Under the pieces are notes generated by a model, which ran no database searches, was not told the DNA's origin, and saw only the letters and a program-made list of their open reading frames with translations. 30,394 nt of DNA from Pyrinomonadaceae bacterium (GTDB lineage: Bacteria > Acidobacteriota > Blastocatellia > Pyrinomonadales > Pyrinomonadaceae), in the NCBI GenBank assembly GCA_036403735.1, contig DASWQK010000590.1:1-30394 (forward strand), given 5' to 3'. Below are positions 1 to 9,526 of the stretch, one piece after another (position 1 is the first letter of the stretch; every line of letters begins with the position of its first letter). Position numbers and translations under genes: made by a program.

Positions 1-1487
1 ACATCGACGGCAACAAAATCGATTACAACAACGCCTATAAGTCGTCGATGACCGGCATGTTGCGGACGCTCGATCCGCATTCGAGCTATTTCGATCGGGA
101 AGAGTTCGAAGAACTGAAGACGGATCAGCGCAGCGAATACCTTGGCATTGGCGCCACGATCCAGAATTACTCAGTAGGTGACGCAGTCGAAACCTATATC
201 ACCGCGACCTTCGATCATTCGCCGGCGTCGCGCGCGGGACTTCGTTATGGTGATCGCATTGATGCCGTTGACGGAGTTTCGATGCATGGCAAGCTTTCGG
301 CGGACGTGCGCGACAAGATTCGCGGACCGCGCGACAGTCACGTCAAAGTAACCGTCACGCGCGGCAGTAGTGGCCAGGTTGAAACCGTCGATATTGTCCG
401 CGCGGCCGTGGCGCAACCCTCCGTGCCTGATTACTACATGATTCGGCCCGGCGTTGGATATATCGATATGACGCGTGGCTTCAACTATGACACCGCCGAA
501 GGAATGCAGGACGCACTAGATCGTTTGCATAAGAACGGACTGAATTCGCTGGTGCTGGATCTGCGTAACAACCCCGGCGGATTTCTGGACTCGGCGATCG
601 CCGTCGCCAGCACTTTCCTGCCGCAAGGCCAATTGATCCTGACACAAAAAGGGCGTAACGGGCTGAACGATCGGATCTATAAATCCAACAATCCGGATCC
701 GGATCGGACGCCGCTCGTGATCCTGGTCAATGACTACACAGCGTCCGCGTCGGAAATTGTCTCCGGCGCGATGCAGGATCACGACCGCGCGCTTATCGTG
801 GGCCAGACAAGCTTCGGCAAAGGATTAGTGCAAAGCATTATCAATCTTCCGGAAGGCGCGGGGCTTACCTTGACGTCGGCAAAATACTTCACTCCGTCTG
901 GCCGTCTGATTCAGCGCGATTATTCTAACGGTGGATGGTACGACTACATCTCTCGCGGCGGTACGCTACGCGACGCCGGTCCGGGCAAGCCGGCGGGACC
1001 AGCTTGGCATACCGACACTGGGCGACCGGTTTACGGCGGCGGCGGCATTACACCGGATGAAGCCGTCAAGCCGCAGTTACTCAACACCATCCAGGTGCGA
1101 CTCCGCGATCCGATCTTCTTTTTCGCGCGCGACATGGCTTATGGTCGCGTGCCGTCACTCGACCGTTTCAAAGTCGATAAGGCGATTGAGTACGATCACG
1201 ATCTGACGGCCGATGATTTTCCGGTAAACGACATGGTCTACAATGCATTCAAGGACTACGTCGCCAGGGACCAGAATTGGAAAGTGTTCATGCCACAGCT
1301 TGAACGCAACCGCTTGTTCATTCAACAGCAGTTACGATTTCAATTAGCGACCGCGGCATACGGGACTGTCGCCGCTGTGCAGGTACTGACCAAAGACGAT
1401 CCGCAAATCGCCAAAGCGATCGATCTCGTTCCCCGCGCCCGCGATTTGGCCATGGCCGCCAGCCGGGCGCGTCTGGCACAGCCATAG
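1..1487 (+). CDS. ctpA: S41 family C-terminal processing peptidase (PDZ plus peptidase S41), 5'-truncated by the window
   Basis: Frame is open upstream of the ATG at 48 (IDGNKIDYNNAYKSSM...). Contains LDPHS, a PDZ-like segment, LVLDLRNNPGG, catalytic ASASEIVSGAMQD and GQTSFGKGLVQ. Confidence 0.9.
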   Translation, partial: IDGNKIDYNNAYKSSMTGMLRTLDPHSSYFDREEFEELKTDQRSEYLGIGATIQNYSVGDAVETYITATFDHSPASRAGLRYGDRIDAVDGVSMHGKLSADVRDKIRGPRDSHVKVTVTRGSSGQVETVDIVRAAVAQPSVPDYYMIRPGVGYIDMTRGFNYDTAEGMQDALDRLHKNGLNSLVLDLRNNPGGFLDSAIAVASTFLPQGQLILTQKGRNGLNDRIYKSNNPDPDRTPLVILVNDYTASASEIVSGAMQDHDRALIVGQTSFGKGLVQSIINLPEGAGLTLTSAKYFTPSGRLIQRDYSNGGWYDYISRGGTLRDAGPGKPAGPAWHTDTGRPVYGGGGITPDEAVKPQLLNTIQVRLRDPIFFFARDMAYGRVPSLDRFKVDKAIEYDHDLTADDFPVNDMVYNAFKDYVARDQNWKVFMPQLERNRLFIQQQLRFQLATAAYGTVAAVQVLTKDDPQIAKAIDLVPRARDLAMAASRARLAQP

Positions 1488-1511
1488 TTGCTTTTTCAAC
1501 TCCGGATACAT

Positions 1512-1545
1512 GAAAGAGGCGGGCCCGTGCCCGCCTTTTCTCTTT
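1512..1545. terminator. Probable bidirectional intrinsic terminator between convergent genes
   Basis: AGGCGGGC-CCGT-GCCCGCCT stem, with GAAAG before it and TTTCTCTTT after it. Confidence 0.7.
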
Positions 1546-1617
1546 GTGCTTCCATGGTCCATGCCCTCTTGCCGCTCTGTCCCAGTGACGTGCCTCGTCG
1601 TCACACTCAGCGACAGC

Positions 1618-2202
1618 TCATTGCGGGCAAGCAGCAAGTTTGACGACAGTTTCATAGAGTTGCGCTAAATCTTTTGGCACCTGCGCCCTGGTGACCGTGT
1701 CCCATGCTGTCAGGTACGTTTTGACCTTCTGGTTTGCTTCGCGTTTCGACAAGGTTAGCGTAGTGCCATAACAATCGTTGCACATCGAAGTTGGTCTCTG
1801 ATCCAACCGGGACGCATTAGGGTGCAAGGCCGCAACGAGCTGAGACAATGTTTCAAGATCCGTTGGAAGCAAGTTGCCCGCTGAAGACTTCGCTCCGTTA
1901 CAAGTGAAATTACCTGTCGAAGTCACGGTAATACTGTCCGGATTGGTACCAGCAAAACCACCCCCGGAACTAATTTGTATCGCCCATGCGCCTTCGCCGT
2001 CCGGCACAGCTACCTGAGCTGCTTCGCTGGGGAGGACCGTCGTCGTTTCTCGGCCATCGCCTGAAGAAGTTGGTTTCTCCTTCGACGTCTTATCCTGCGC
2101 AGCCGAAGATGTGGGCGCGTGGACACTTTGACTTTGCGCCAAAGAGAACGCGGACAATAAGAGAACAACAGTCGCTGTAGTTGAGATTCGCTTAGTTGGC
2201 AT
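1618..2202 (-). CDS. Secreted hypothetical protein, possibly emfourin-like fold
   Basis: Signal peptide (MPTKRISTTATVVLLLSAFSLA), low-complexity linker, then AIQISSGGGFAG and CNDCYGTTLTL. Confidence 0.7.
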   Translation of the reverse strand: MPTKRISTTATVVLLLSAFSLAQSQSVHAPTSSAAQDKTSKEKPTSSGDGRETTTVLPSEAAQVAVPDGEGAWAIQISSGGGFAGTNPDSITVTSTGNFTCNGAKSSAGNLLPTDLETLSQLVAALHPNASRLDQRPTSMCNDCYGTTLTLSKREANQKVKTYLTAWDTVTRAQVPKDLAQLYETVVKLAACPQ

Positions 2203-2240
2203 GACACACTCCCATCGTTATCCCTCACCAGCCAGTTTCC

Positions 2241-2465
2241 CTAATTCTTTAGCTTCTGAAGCTGATCCTTTGCCTTCTGGTTCCCCGGGCTCAATTCCAA
2301 AGATCTCTCATAGCTTGCGATAGCTCCGGCTTTATCGCCCTTAACCACGTATGATTCGGCCAGACTGTCATAAGCATTGAAAGACTCTGGATAAAGCGAG
2401 ACGTTCAGTTTGAAGAGCCCGATGGCTTTGTCCACTTCCCGCAGTTCGTAAAGCAACGAATGCAC
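2241..2465 (-). pseudogene. Orphan C-terminal TPR fragment (or very small TPR protein)
   Basis: AIGLFKLNVSLYPESFNAYDSLAESY...AIASYERSLELSPGN matches the TPR tail typical of serine hydrolase/beta-lactamase-TPR proteins. GTG start, no clear SD, and an in-frame stop shortly upstream. Confidence 0.5.
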
Positions 2466-2513
2466 GATCGCGCGAAAGGAATCGCAGATTAATAACTTGC
2501 GCTACAAGAAGCG

Positions 2514-4709
2514 CTACTCATAACTCAGCGCATCGACGGCATCCTGACGCGCCGCTCGCATCGCTGGATAGAGCGCGCCAATTGAGCCGCCGACTAATCC
2601 AACCACCAGTGAGATCGCTATCCATTTCGCTTCGACATCGACAATGAGCATCGTTGACTTCATCACAAAGAAACGCGCCAGCAACATCAGCAGCACGCCG
2701 CAGCCGACGCCCAGCACACTGACGAGAATCGCTTCCTGCTCGATGACCCAGGCTATGGATCGCTTTGACATGCCGAGCGATTTCAGGATGCCAATCTGGC
2801 GCGTACGCTCAGTCACGGTGGTGTACATGGCGAGCAGAATCACCAGCATGCTGATGGTCGCAGCAACGCCCACAACCACCTTGAGAAAGATATTGAGGGC
2901 GGGAACGCTCGACTGGTAAAGCTCCGGCAGTTCGCGGGTAGGCACGATCTGATCCTCGGGAAACTTTTCTTTGATCCTCGCCGCGACTTGTTCCTGTTGA
3001 TTAGGATCGTCGCACGCAACCAGAATCGTGTTACAACGGTTCTCGCTGCCAACTTGATCCTGCATGGTCGCCAGTGGAATCTTCAGACGTCCGCCGCCCG
3101 GCGGCTCGAAAACACCAACTAACTTGAAAGGCCGTTCATAAATCACAATCGTCGAGCCGACGGCGATATTTTGTTCTCGCTGCCAGCCGGAATCGACGAT
3201 CACTTCGTCGCCTTTTTCCAGTCCGCGGCCTTCCTTGATCGTTAGACTGTTGAGCGCCGCATATTGGTCGAACGGAATTCCTTCGATCAGACGCGAGCCA
3301 AATCCGGAATCGATCTTATCGAGAGCCTGGCCGATCGGTACGGCAGCGCGGACTCCCGGTATGCGCATGACTTCGGCGACATGCTCAAGGGGGATGGTGA
3401 ATGGCTGCGTGCCACTCAAGGCGATCGTTCCCGAAGGGCGTAGCATAATTTCCGCGCCAATGTTGGCTTCACGTTTGCCGCGCTCGCGCAGCAGACCGTG
3501 GGCCAACCCAACCGTGAAGACCACCAGTAAAACACCCAAAGCAATGCCGGCAACGCTGACGGCCGTGCGCGCCGGGCGATGCGCAAGATTCGAAAGGACT
3601 AAGCTATCCATAAGTTTTTGTAAACGAGGGCTGCGATTGAGCACGCGCACCCAGGCGTTAGGCAACGCCCGCCACGCGATTATAAGCAGGCCAATAACGG
3701 TCCAAAAAATGATTGCAGCTTTGCGAACGATCGCCAGGGCGACGCCAATCACGGTGGTATAGCCGAGCGTGCGCAAAATTATTCCGTTGCCGGCTTCGTA
3801 AACGCCAATCGTTCCCGGCACAAACGCGAAGGCGAAATTAATTACTTTGGTTAGCGATTCGACGATATACGCCGCCCCGAGACGCGGAATAAATCCGAGC
3901 ATCTTCAGAGTGATGTAAACCTCGAAGACGCTGGTCACGTGCGAGGCGAGATCAAGCGCCATCATCGAAAAGAAAGCCGCGCGACGTCGCTTGTAGAATC
4001 CGTAAACTGTCAGCTCGACGCGATAGATGTGATGGCGCCGGGCGCGCAAAAATCTCGGACGAAAACCGCGGCGCGCCAATCGATCGATTACATTGGTCAG
4101 CAGCGTGACTCTCTTGCGTGTCGCCATTGCGGCGGCAATCAACCCGAGAAACGCCGCGGTCGCGATGAGGACGAGCACTTCGCGCGCGACCGGCGGTACC
4201 GGATACGCGAACAACATCAGCACCGCTCCGCCAAAAATCACGAGCGCAACTGATAGGTTGTAGAGCAGATTGTCCACGACCAGCGCGGGCACCCCATGAA
4301 CCAGTGGCACTCTCTTTCGCAGCAATGCTACTTTTGTCGCTTCCCCCAGCAATGGACCCGCGAACGTAAGAAAGCCCATCGATTCTCCGCCCAACCGCGC
4401 GGCGAATGCCTGGAGAAAACTGAAGCGACGATATTCGGGAGCTACGGCCAGGCGCATGGAGATCGTGCGCAAAACATGCCGCGCGCCGTTCGCGGCCACC
4501 ACAATAAAGAAACCGAAGCCGACACGAGTGAGGGCCGCGACGATCGTTTCGACGCCGACGACTACGCGAATCAGATAGACAAGCACAATCGCGCCGCCCA
4601 GAAACGCTATCGTCTGAAGCCAGAATGCGCGTTTTGCGCGTGAAGATTTTGCCGGCGCGTGCGCTTCGGGTTTTTCCATTAACGCACGATCATCGAGGGA
4701 ACGTTCCAT
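2514..4709 (-). CDS. Fusion: LPG-synthase TM/flippase-like domain (about aa 25-350) plus MacB-like periplasmic core/FtsX ABC permease (aa 367-731)
   Basis: N-half is multi-TM with GESMGFLTFAGPLLGEATK and VPGTIGVYEAG. C-half has NLAHRPARTAVSVAGIALGV, VTERTRQIGILKSLG and YPAMRAARQDAVDALSYE. One continuous ORF. Confidence 0.85.
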   Translation of the reverse strand: MERSLDDRALMEKPEAHAPAKSSRAKRAFWLQTIAFLGGAIVLVYLIRVVVGVETIVAALTRVGFGFFIVVAANGARHVLRTISMRLAVAPEYRRFSFLQAFAARLGGESMGFLTFAGPLLGEATKVALLRKRVPLVHGVPALVVDNLLYNLSVALVIFGGAVLMLFAYPVPPVAREVLVLIATAAFLGLIAAAMATRKRVTLLTNVIDRLARRGFRPRFLRARRHHIYRVELTVYGFYKRRRAAFFSMMALDLASHVTSVFEVYITLKMLGFIPRLGAAYIVESLTKVINFAFAFVPGTIGVYEAGNGIILRTLGYTTVIGVALAIVRKAAIIFWTVIGLLIIAWRALPNAWVRVLNRSPRLQKLMDSLVLSNLAHRPARTAVSVAGIALGVLLVVFTVGLAHGLLRERGKREANIGAEIMLRPSGTIALSGTQPFTIPLEHVAEVMRIPGVRAAVPIGQALDKIDSGFGSRLIEGIPFDQYAALNSLTIKEGRGLEKGDEVIVDSGWQREQNIAVGSTIVIYERPFKLVGVFEPPGGGRLKIPLATMQDQVGSENRCNTILVACDDPNQQEQVAARIKEKFPEDQIVPTRELPELYQSSVPALNIFLKVVVGVAATISMLVILLAMYTTVTERTRQIGILKSLGMSKRSIAWVIEQEAILVSVLGVGCGVLLMLLARFFVMKSTMLIVDVEAKWIAISLVVGLVGGSIGALYPAMRAARQDAVDALSYE

Positions 4710-4830
4710 TAAAGAAGGATTATCACGCGATCAGGCAAATGAGCCAAACCAAATTTACAACGTTATCAGTTCAGAGTTCGAGCTTTAGCCGTTTTTCGTT
4801 GGCAGTCCAAACTGAATTATAAACTCGTGG

Positions 4831-7029
4831 CTACTGCTGACCAACCTGGTTCAGCAGCGATCGAGCTTCCGCTGGTTTGACCCGAACATCAGCCGCGACG
4901 GCTTTCCGCAATCTGTCCGCGACTTCTGCTCGCAGCTCAGACTGTGGTTGCTCGTGCTGAAATATCTTCACTAACTCGTGGCGCGCGGTCCGGTTGTTAA
5001 TTCTTGAAAGAGCTTCGAGGCAAAGCCGGCGTGCCTCAGCATCGCTCGTCTTCTGAAAGATCGCCGCCGCGGCCTTCGCCGCCGCCCCGGGTGCTTCATC
5101 TCCCTCGCCGGCCAGAAACTGCAACGAGCGCGTCACTTTCTCCATGTCCCAGGCTACATCAGTTTGCGACGAAGACTTTGCCACCTGGTTCAAAAATTGA
5201 GTGTGATATCCAAGCCGTCGCGATTTTTCCAGCCGCGCAAACAGCTCTGGTGTCGCTTTCTCGCGATGCACATAACGCCCAAAGGACAAGACATTCGCGA
5301 GGTTGTAGAAGAAGCGAGCCGGACGGCCGTGTTCGAGCGCGACCATTTCCGCGCGCCGATCGCGTTCGATCTTTGCCGGTAAACCGTCAGGCCGGCCGGC
5401 ATAATCCATCAACGATGCGTACTGTTGCTGCGCCAGTCTCACTTCAGTTTCATTGTCGTTGTTCAGTGGGTTCAGCGAAACGTTTTGTATCCGGCGTTCG
5501 ATTTCCTGGCGGAGCTTTGGATCGATTGACGAATTGAACGACAGCAACAGTTTTAATTCTGAGTAACTTTCCAGCCGCGTCGGCTGATTCAAATCCATCC
5601 CGCGCCGTCCGGTGATGAAATCATAGACACCGCGGCCGGCGAAGTACGGAAGATTGCCGAAGTTGGAAAGCGAAAACATATTGTTGGCTACGTCGTTCAA
5701 TAGCCGGCGAGACATTTCGCGCTTCTTCGGATTGAGACTATGACGAAAATCGATCAGCAGCGCCGGAATCTTTGGATGATCGAGTCCGTAGAGCGCTAAT
5801 GGAATCATTTCCACCGCGCGTGCGTCCGGATCGCCGGCGCGCACCGGCCGGTTACTACTATCGAGATAGGCAACTCGTGAATAACCATTCCAATTTCTTA
5901 ATCGATCGTCGCTCCATGGATCGCCAATATTCAGGAAGCGGTCATGAAATCGCCGCTGCGGTTGCTGGGTGAGATCAGCTTTCGCAATCCAAAGAAGGGC
6001 GTGCGTCGCCTGACCGTCGGGCATCGCCAAAGGCTCGAAGTAGAGCCCTTCCGCTTCCGCTCGCTGTCGCAGCAGCTCCCAGTTGTGCCCGCTGTTATCG
6101 ATCGACGAGACGGTGCGATGAGTCACCGTGTCATAGAAAGTTTCAGGCCCTACCAAACCGCCGAGTGTCTGGCGCGACAGAATCAAGCGGGCGCGCAGCT
6201 CGAGCATCTCTCCCGGTCTGAATGCCGGCGTCAGATCGGAAAGCACGGAGCGTGGCGTATCATTGATCGGCCGTTCCGCCCTGGTGTTGTTCGCGACCAC
6301 CTCGCCAAGCGCGAGCATCTCGCCTTCCGTACGCGACCGCAAACGCAGCCGCTCATACGTGTCAAGAATCGACAGGGCCTGCATTACGTGGTCCGATCGA
6401 TAGTCTGCAGCGTTGCGGCGATAGGTGCGCGAAGAAGCCTTTAGGGGCAGTCCATAGCCGTCGAGTAAAATGCTTTGCATGCCCATCCAGAAGAAACGGT
6501 TCCACGTTTGTTGCTTCGGGTTGGCAAGATCGATTATCGGCTTCGGCAGACGGGTTGAAGCCTGGCGTTGATTGCCGACGTGCTGATAAAGGAAGGGAAT
6601 CGCTGAAGCAAACCGTTTCATCAGATTCGGTCGGGTGTAGGTCAGCATCCAAACGTAACTTAAGCGATCGTTGTCCGGATCGGTGTCGGCCAACGTATCT
6701 CTCACGACACTGATGAGTGGGACCTCCGGCGTGCCTGCATCTGTGGCGCGCATACTATCCAGCCGGCCAAAGATGGTTAACAATTCTGCCCCATTAGCGA
6801 TCGGCAGACGCTCAACACGAAACTGTGCGTTCGCGGTCTTGGGGACCACGGGGTTTCCAGTGTCGGCTATTTCGTTTGCTGATGTCGGGTCGCCGGCCGG
6901 CGCATTAACCACTCCGGTCGCAGGTTTCGTCGAAATTGGATTGACGAGGAACTGCCTCGGAGACTGGGCCGCGGCGTCGACGCAACCCAGCGCCATTAGC
7001 AGGGAGATAATTGAAGTGCGAAAGATCAT
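4831..7029 (-). CDS. Large secreted hypothetical protein (732 aa) with a C-terminal HEAT-like helical region
   Basis: Long ORF. Start moved to ATG 7029 because it gives a signal peptide (MIFRTSIISLLMALGCVDAAAQ) and lies downstream of a sigma54 motif. C-terminus ARRLCLEALSRIN resembles a HEAT repeat. Confidence 0.75.
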   Translation of the reverse strand: MIFRTSIISLLMALGCVDAAAQSPRQFLVNPISTKPATGVVNAPAGDPTSANEIADTGNPVVPKTANAQFRVERLPIANGAELLTIFGRLDSMRATDAGTPEVPLISVVRDTLADTDPDNDRLSYVWMLTYTRPNLMKRFASAIPFLYQHVGNQRQASTRLPKPIIDLANPKQQTWNRFFWMGMQSILLDGYGLPLKASSRTYRRNAADYRSDHVMQALSILDTYERLRLRSRTEGEMLALGEVVANNTRAERPINDTPRSVLSDLTPAFRPGEMLELRARLILSRQTLGGLVGPETFYDTVTHRTVSSIDNSGHNWELLRQRAEAEGLYFEPLAMPDGQATHALLWIAKADLTQQPQRRFHDRFLNIGDPWSDDRLRNWNGYSRVAYLDSSNRPVRAGDPDARAVEMIPLALYGLDHPKIPALLIDFRHSLNPKKREMSRRLLNDVANNMFSLSNFGNLPYFAGRGVYDFITGRRGMDLNQPTRLESYSELKLLLSFNSSIDPKLRQEIERRIQNVSLNPLNNDNETEVRLAQQQYASLMDYAGRPDGLPAKIERDRRAEMVALEHGRPARFFYNLANVLSFGRYVHREKATPELFARLEKSRRLGYHTQFLNQVAKSSSQTDVAWDMEKVTRSLQFLAGEGDEAPGAAAKAAAAIFQKTSDAEARRLCLEALSRINNRTARHELVKIFQHEQPQSELRAEVADRLRKAVAADVRVKPAEARSLLNQVGQQ

Positions 7030-7141
7030 CTGAGATTCAAATGTTCCCTGGAACAATACCGCAGTAAAACGATTTCGAAAGTGCGCTGTTCCGGCTTTTC
7101 TTTGAAAATGGATCTGAGTTTTTGCCATCAATCAAGTGGAT

Positions 7142-7157
7142 AGCAACCGACATGCCA
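7142..7157 (-). promoter_or_regulatory. sigma54 (RpoN) -24/-12 promoter motif
   Basis: TGGCATGTCGGTTGCT matches TGGCAY-N5-TTGCW with correct GG-N10-GC spacing, in intergenic DNA. Confidence 0.7.
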
Positions 7158-7159
7158 TT

Positions 7160-8803
7160 TCATCTCGCTCCCGCTGGCGCAGCGTTCGCGGCGTCCTTCT
7201 GCTCCGGCTCAGGCGTGACTGGCGCGGTCCATCCGGACTTTTCCAGCAAGCTGATCGCGAAGTGAATCGGCACCGCAAAATTCGATGCAGTGTTCTCAGT
7301 AAAAATAGCAAAGGTAATTCCGATGACTCGTCCGGATGGCCCGAACAGCGGGCCGCCTGATCCACCTTCGCCGGTGCGCGCGTCGTACACAATTCGCCGC
7401 GCATCGAGATCAGTGATGTTGCCCTGCGTCATGAGTGGTCGAATGCGCTTCGTCTGTCCCAGATAAGTAAGCAGAGATTCGGTGGAGCCATAACGGTTTT
7501 GAATTCCGCGGGCCTCGTCTTCCGGAAGCATGGCAATCAAGCGATCCGGACCCGATGGATATCCCATCGTCACCACGATGCGACCGGTTGCGACCGTGTC
7601 CGAGTCTTTCTCGAGCGGTAACACCGGCGCCTTCGGAGGCAGGTCCTTGGGATCGATCGTGCAGACAGCGACATCCTCTCCGGTGGCTGCTTGTTTATAT
7701 TTGAGCGTGATTGGTTGCGGACTGTCGGGGAAGAACGCCACTAACTTTTTCAGGCGCGGCTTGCCATTTACAGTACTGGTCAGACTCTGCGCGCGCTCAT
7801 CAGCCAACCAGGGTTGGACCACGTGCCGGTTAGTAAGAATGAAACCGTCGCCCGTATGAAAACCGGTGCCGACGAATGGATACTCAGCGATTTGACCGTT
7901 ACCTTCCGGAGTCAATTCCGGCTGGTCAGCGCCATTCTGGATTGTGTTGCCGCTTTCGTTGCTCTGCGATTCAGCCATTCGCAGGGGACGTCCCGTTCCC
8001 GCTTCAACGAACGTATACGAGCCATAGATCAGGCAAACGCCTGGGCCGTAACTAACCCGCAGCGTCTCGCCGAGCGAAATGGTCTTCTGGAGTCGTTCCG
8101 TCGAATCAGCCAGCTTGCTCAACACTTCGTTGGCGTGTTTGAGTTGCTCCTGCTGCGCGGCGAGTTGCTTCTGCTGATCGGCAATAGTCTGGCGGCCATG
8201 GCGCGCTTCATTGAACTGCGCGAAACCGATATAGAGCGCGCCAAGCACCGCAAAAATAATGATGGCGAAGAGAATGATCTTAGTGCTCGGATTGATTTCG
8301 CGAACCAGTTCGCGAGTGAACTCGCGGAGAAAAATCTTGGCGTCATCGCGTCGCGCGGTGGCCGAAGCCTCCATCGCCGCTTGCTCAATGAACGGTGCGA
8401 CGTGAGTGCTGCCCCGGCGGCCGGGGACCATCGCCGTAGTCGCGTCGATGGGAAAGAAATGAATCGACGGTCCCGAGGGGCCAATCCAAATTTCATCTCC
8501 GTCATTGATGCTCTTGTTTGGCTTGATTGATCGGCCGTTGAGCTTTACGTCGAGTCCCGGATCGACGTTGACAATGCGATAGGTGCCTTCGACGCGCTGG
8601 ATCTCGATCACCGTGCCATCGGTCGCACTCGTCGACGCCTGGGATAAATTAATCTTGACGTCGCAGTTATCACCCGTGCCGATCCGCACGGTGTCGGCCA
8701 CCACCACCTCAGTCGATCGGTCATTCAATGAAGACACGTGAACCACGAGACCGTTCGAGTCTCGCGGTGGCTTGGATTGGGTGATGTTTCGGAAATTTTT
8801 CAC
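7160..8803 (-). CDS. FHA-like domain, TM helix, coiled coil and trypsin-like serine protease
   Basis: FHA-like RIGTGDNCDVKI...LNG...INDGDEIWIG; TM IILFAIIIFAVLGALYIGF; triad motifs TNRHVV, DVAV and GGSGGPLF. Confidence 0.85.
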   Translation of the reverse strand: MKNFRNITQSKPPRDSNGLVVHVSSLNDRSTEVVVADTVRIGTGDNCDVKINLSQASTSATDGTVIEIQRVEGTYRIVNVDPGLDVKLNGRSIKPNKSINDGDEIWIGPSGPSIHFFPIDATTAMVPGRRGSTHVAPFIEQAAMEASATARRDDAKIFLREFTRELVREINPSTKIILFAIIIFAVLGALYIGFAQFNEARHGRQTIADQQKQLAAQQEQLKHANEVLSKLADSTERLQKTISLGETLRVSYGPGVCLIYGSYTFVEAGTGRPLRMAESQSNESGNTIQNGADQPELTPEGNGQIAEYPFVGTGFHTGDGFILTNRHVVQPWLADERAQSLTSTVNGKPRLKKLVAFFPDSPQPITLKYKQAATGEDVAVCTIDPKDLPPKAPVLPLEKDSDTVATGRIVVTMGYPSGPDRLIAMLPEDEARGIQNRYGSTESLLTYLGQTKRIRPLMTQGNITDLDARRIVYDARTGEGGSGGPLFGPSGRVIGITFAIFTENTASNFAVPIHFAISLLEKSGWTAPVTPEPEQKDAANAAPAGAR

Positions 8804-9014
8804 GATGCAATATCAAATCAGGCGCCCGCATGAGAAGACCGCGCTGCTATTTCGATGCGGTCAATCAAGGCGGTCGCCCGTTCGCGATCAATCTTACAAT
8901 GAATCGTACTGCGCGCAAAGACATCCGCAGGATGAGAACGCGTTGTTTCGACATTGCTTGCAGTCGCCGTGGTGTACGACGGAAATCGACGCCTTCGTGT
9001 TAGCATAAAGGAAC

Positions 9015-9452
9015 ATGGCAGCGCCCGAATTTATCGAGAATGTCGAGCAATTACGCGCTTTGGCGCCGGTCGTGACCGCGCCAATTCGTCATCACGTGTT
9101 TGTGTGCACGGGCAAATCCTGCTCGGCGAGGGACAGCGCCGAAGTCCTGGCGGCTTTCGAGGGCGAATTAAAGCAGCGCGGTTTGCTGTTCGGTAGAGAA
9201 GCCAAGGGGAAGAATCCTCGTGGCAGCATCGTCGTTACTGAGTGCGCCTCAGTCGGTTTTTGTTCGATTGGACCAGCGGTAATGGTCTATCCCGACGGCG
9301 TTTGGTATGCGCAGGTGCGGGCCAGTGACGTTGCGCAGATTATTGACGAGCATTTGATGAACGGCCGGGTGGTTAGTCGGCTGGCCCTCATGAAGATCCC
9401 GGCTGAAGGAGTGGCCCAAACTTCGCAGGCGAACAACGAATGGGAAGCATAA
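9015..9452 (+). CDS. Thioredoxin-like [2Fe-2S] ferredoxin
   Basis: HVFVCTGKSC...ECASVGFCSIGPAVMVYPDGVWY (four Cys ligands); SD AAGGA upstream. Confidence 0.9.
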   Translation: MAAPEFIENVEQLRALAPVVTAPIRHHVFVCTGKSCSARDSAEVLAAFEGELKQRGLLFGREAKGKNPRGSIVVTECASVGFCSIGPAVMVYPDGVWYAQVRASDVAQIIDEHLMNGRVVSRLALMKIPAEGVAQTSQANNEWEA

Positions 9453-9526
9453 GCGCCTGCCGCTGGTGATTACCGTTTGTCGTTCCTGTTCGTGTTAGTG
9501 GCGGACGGAAAAGCACGAAAATAAAT

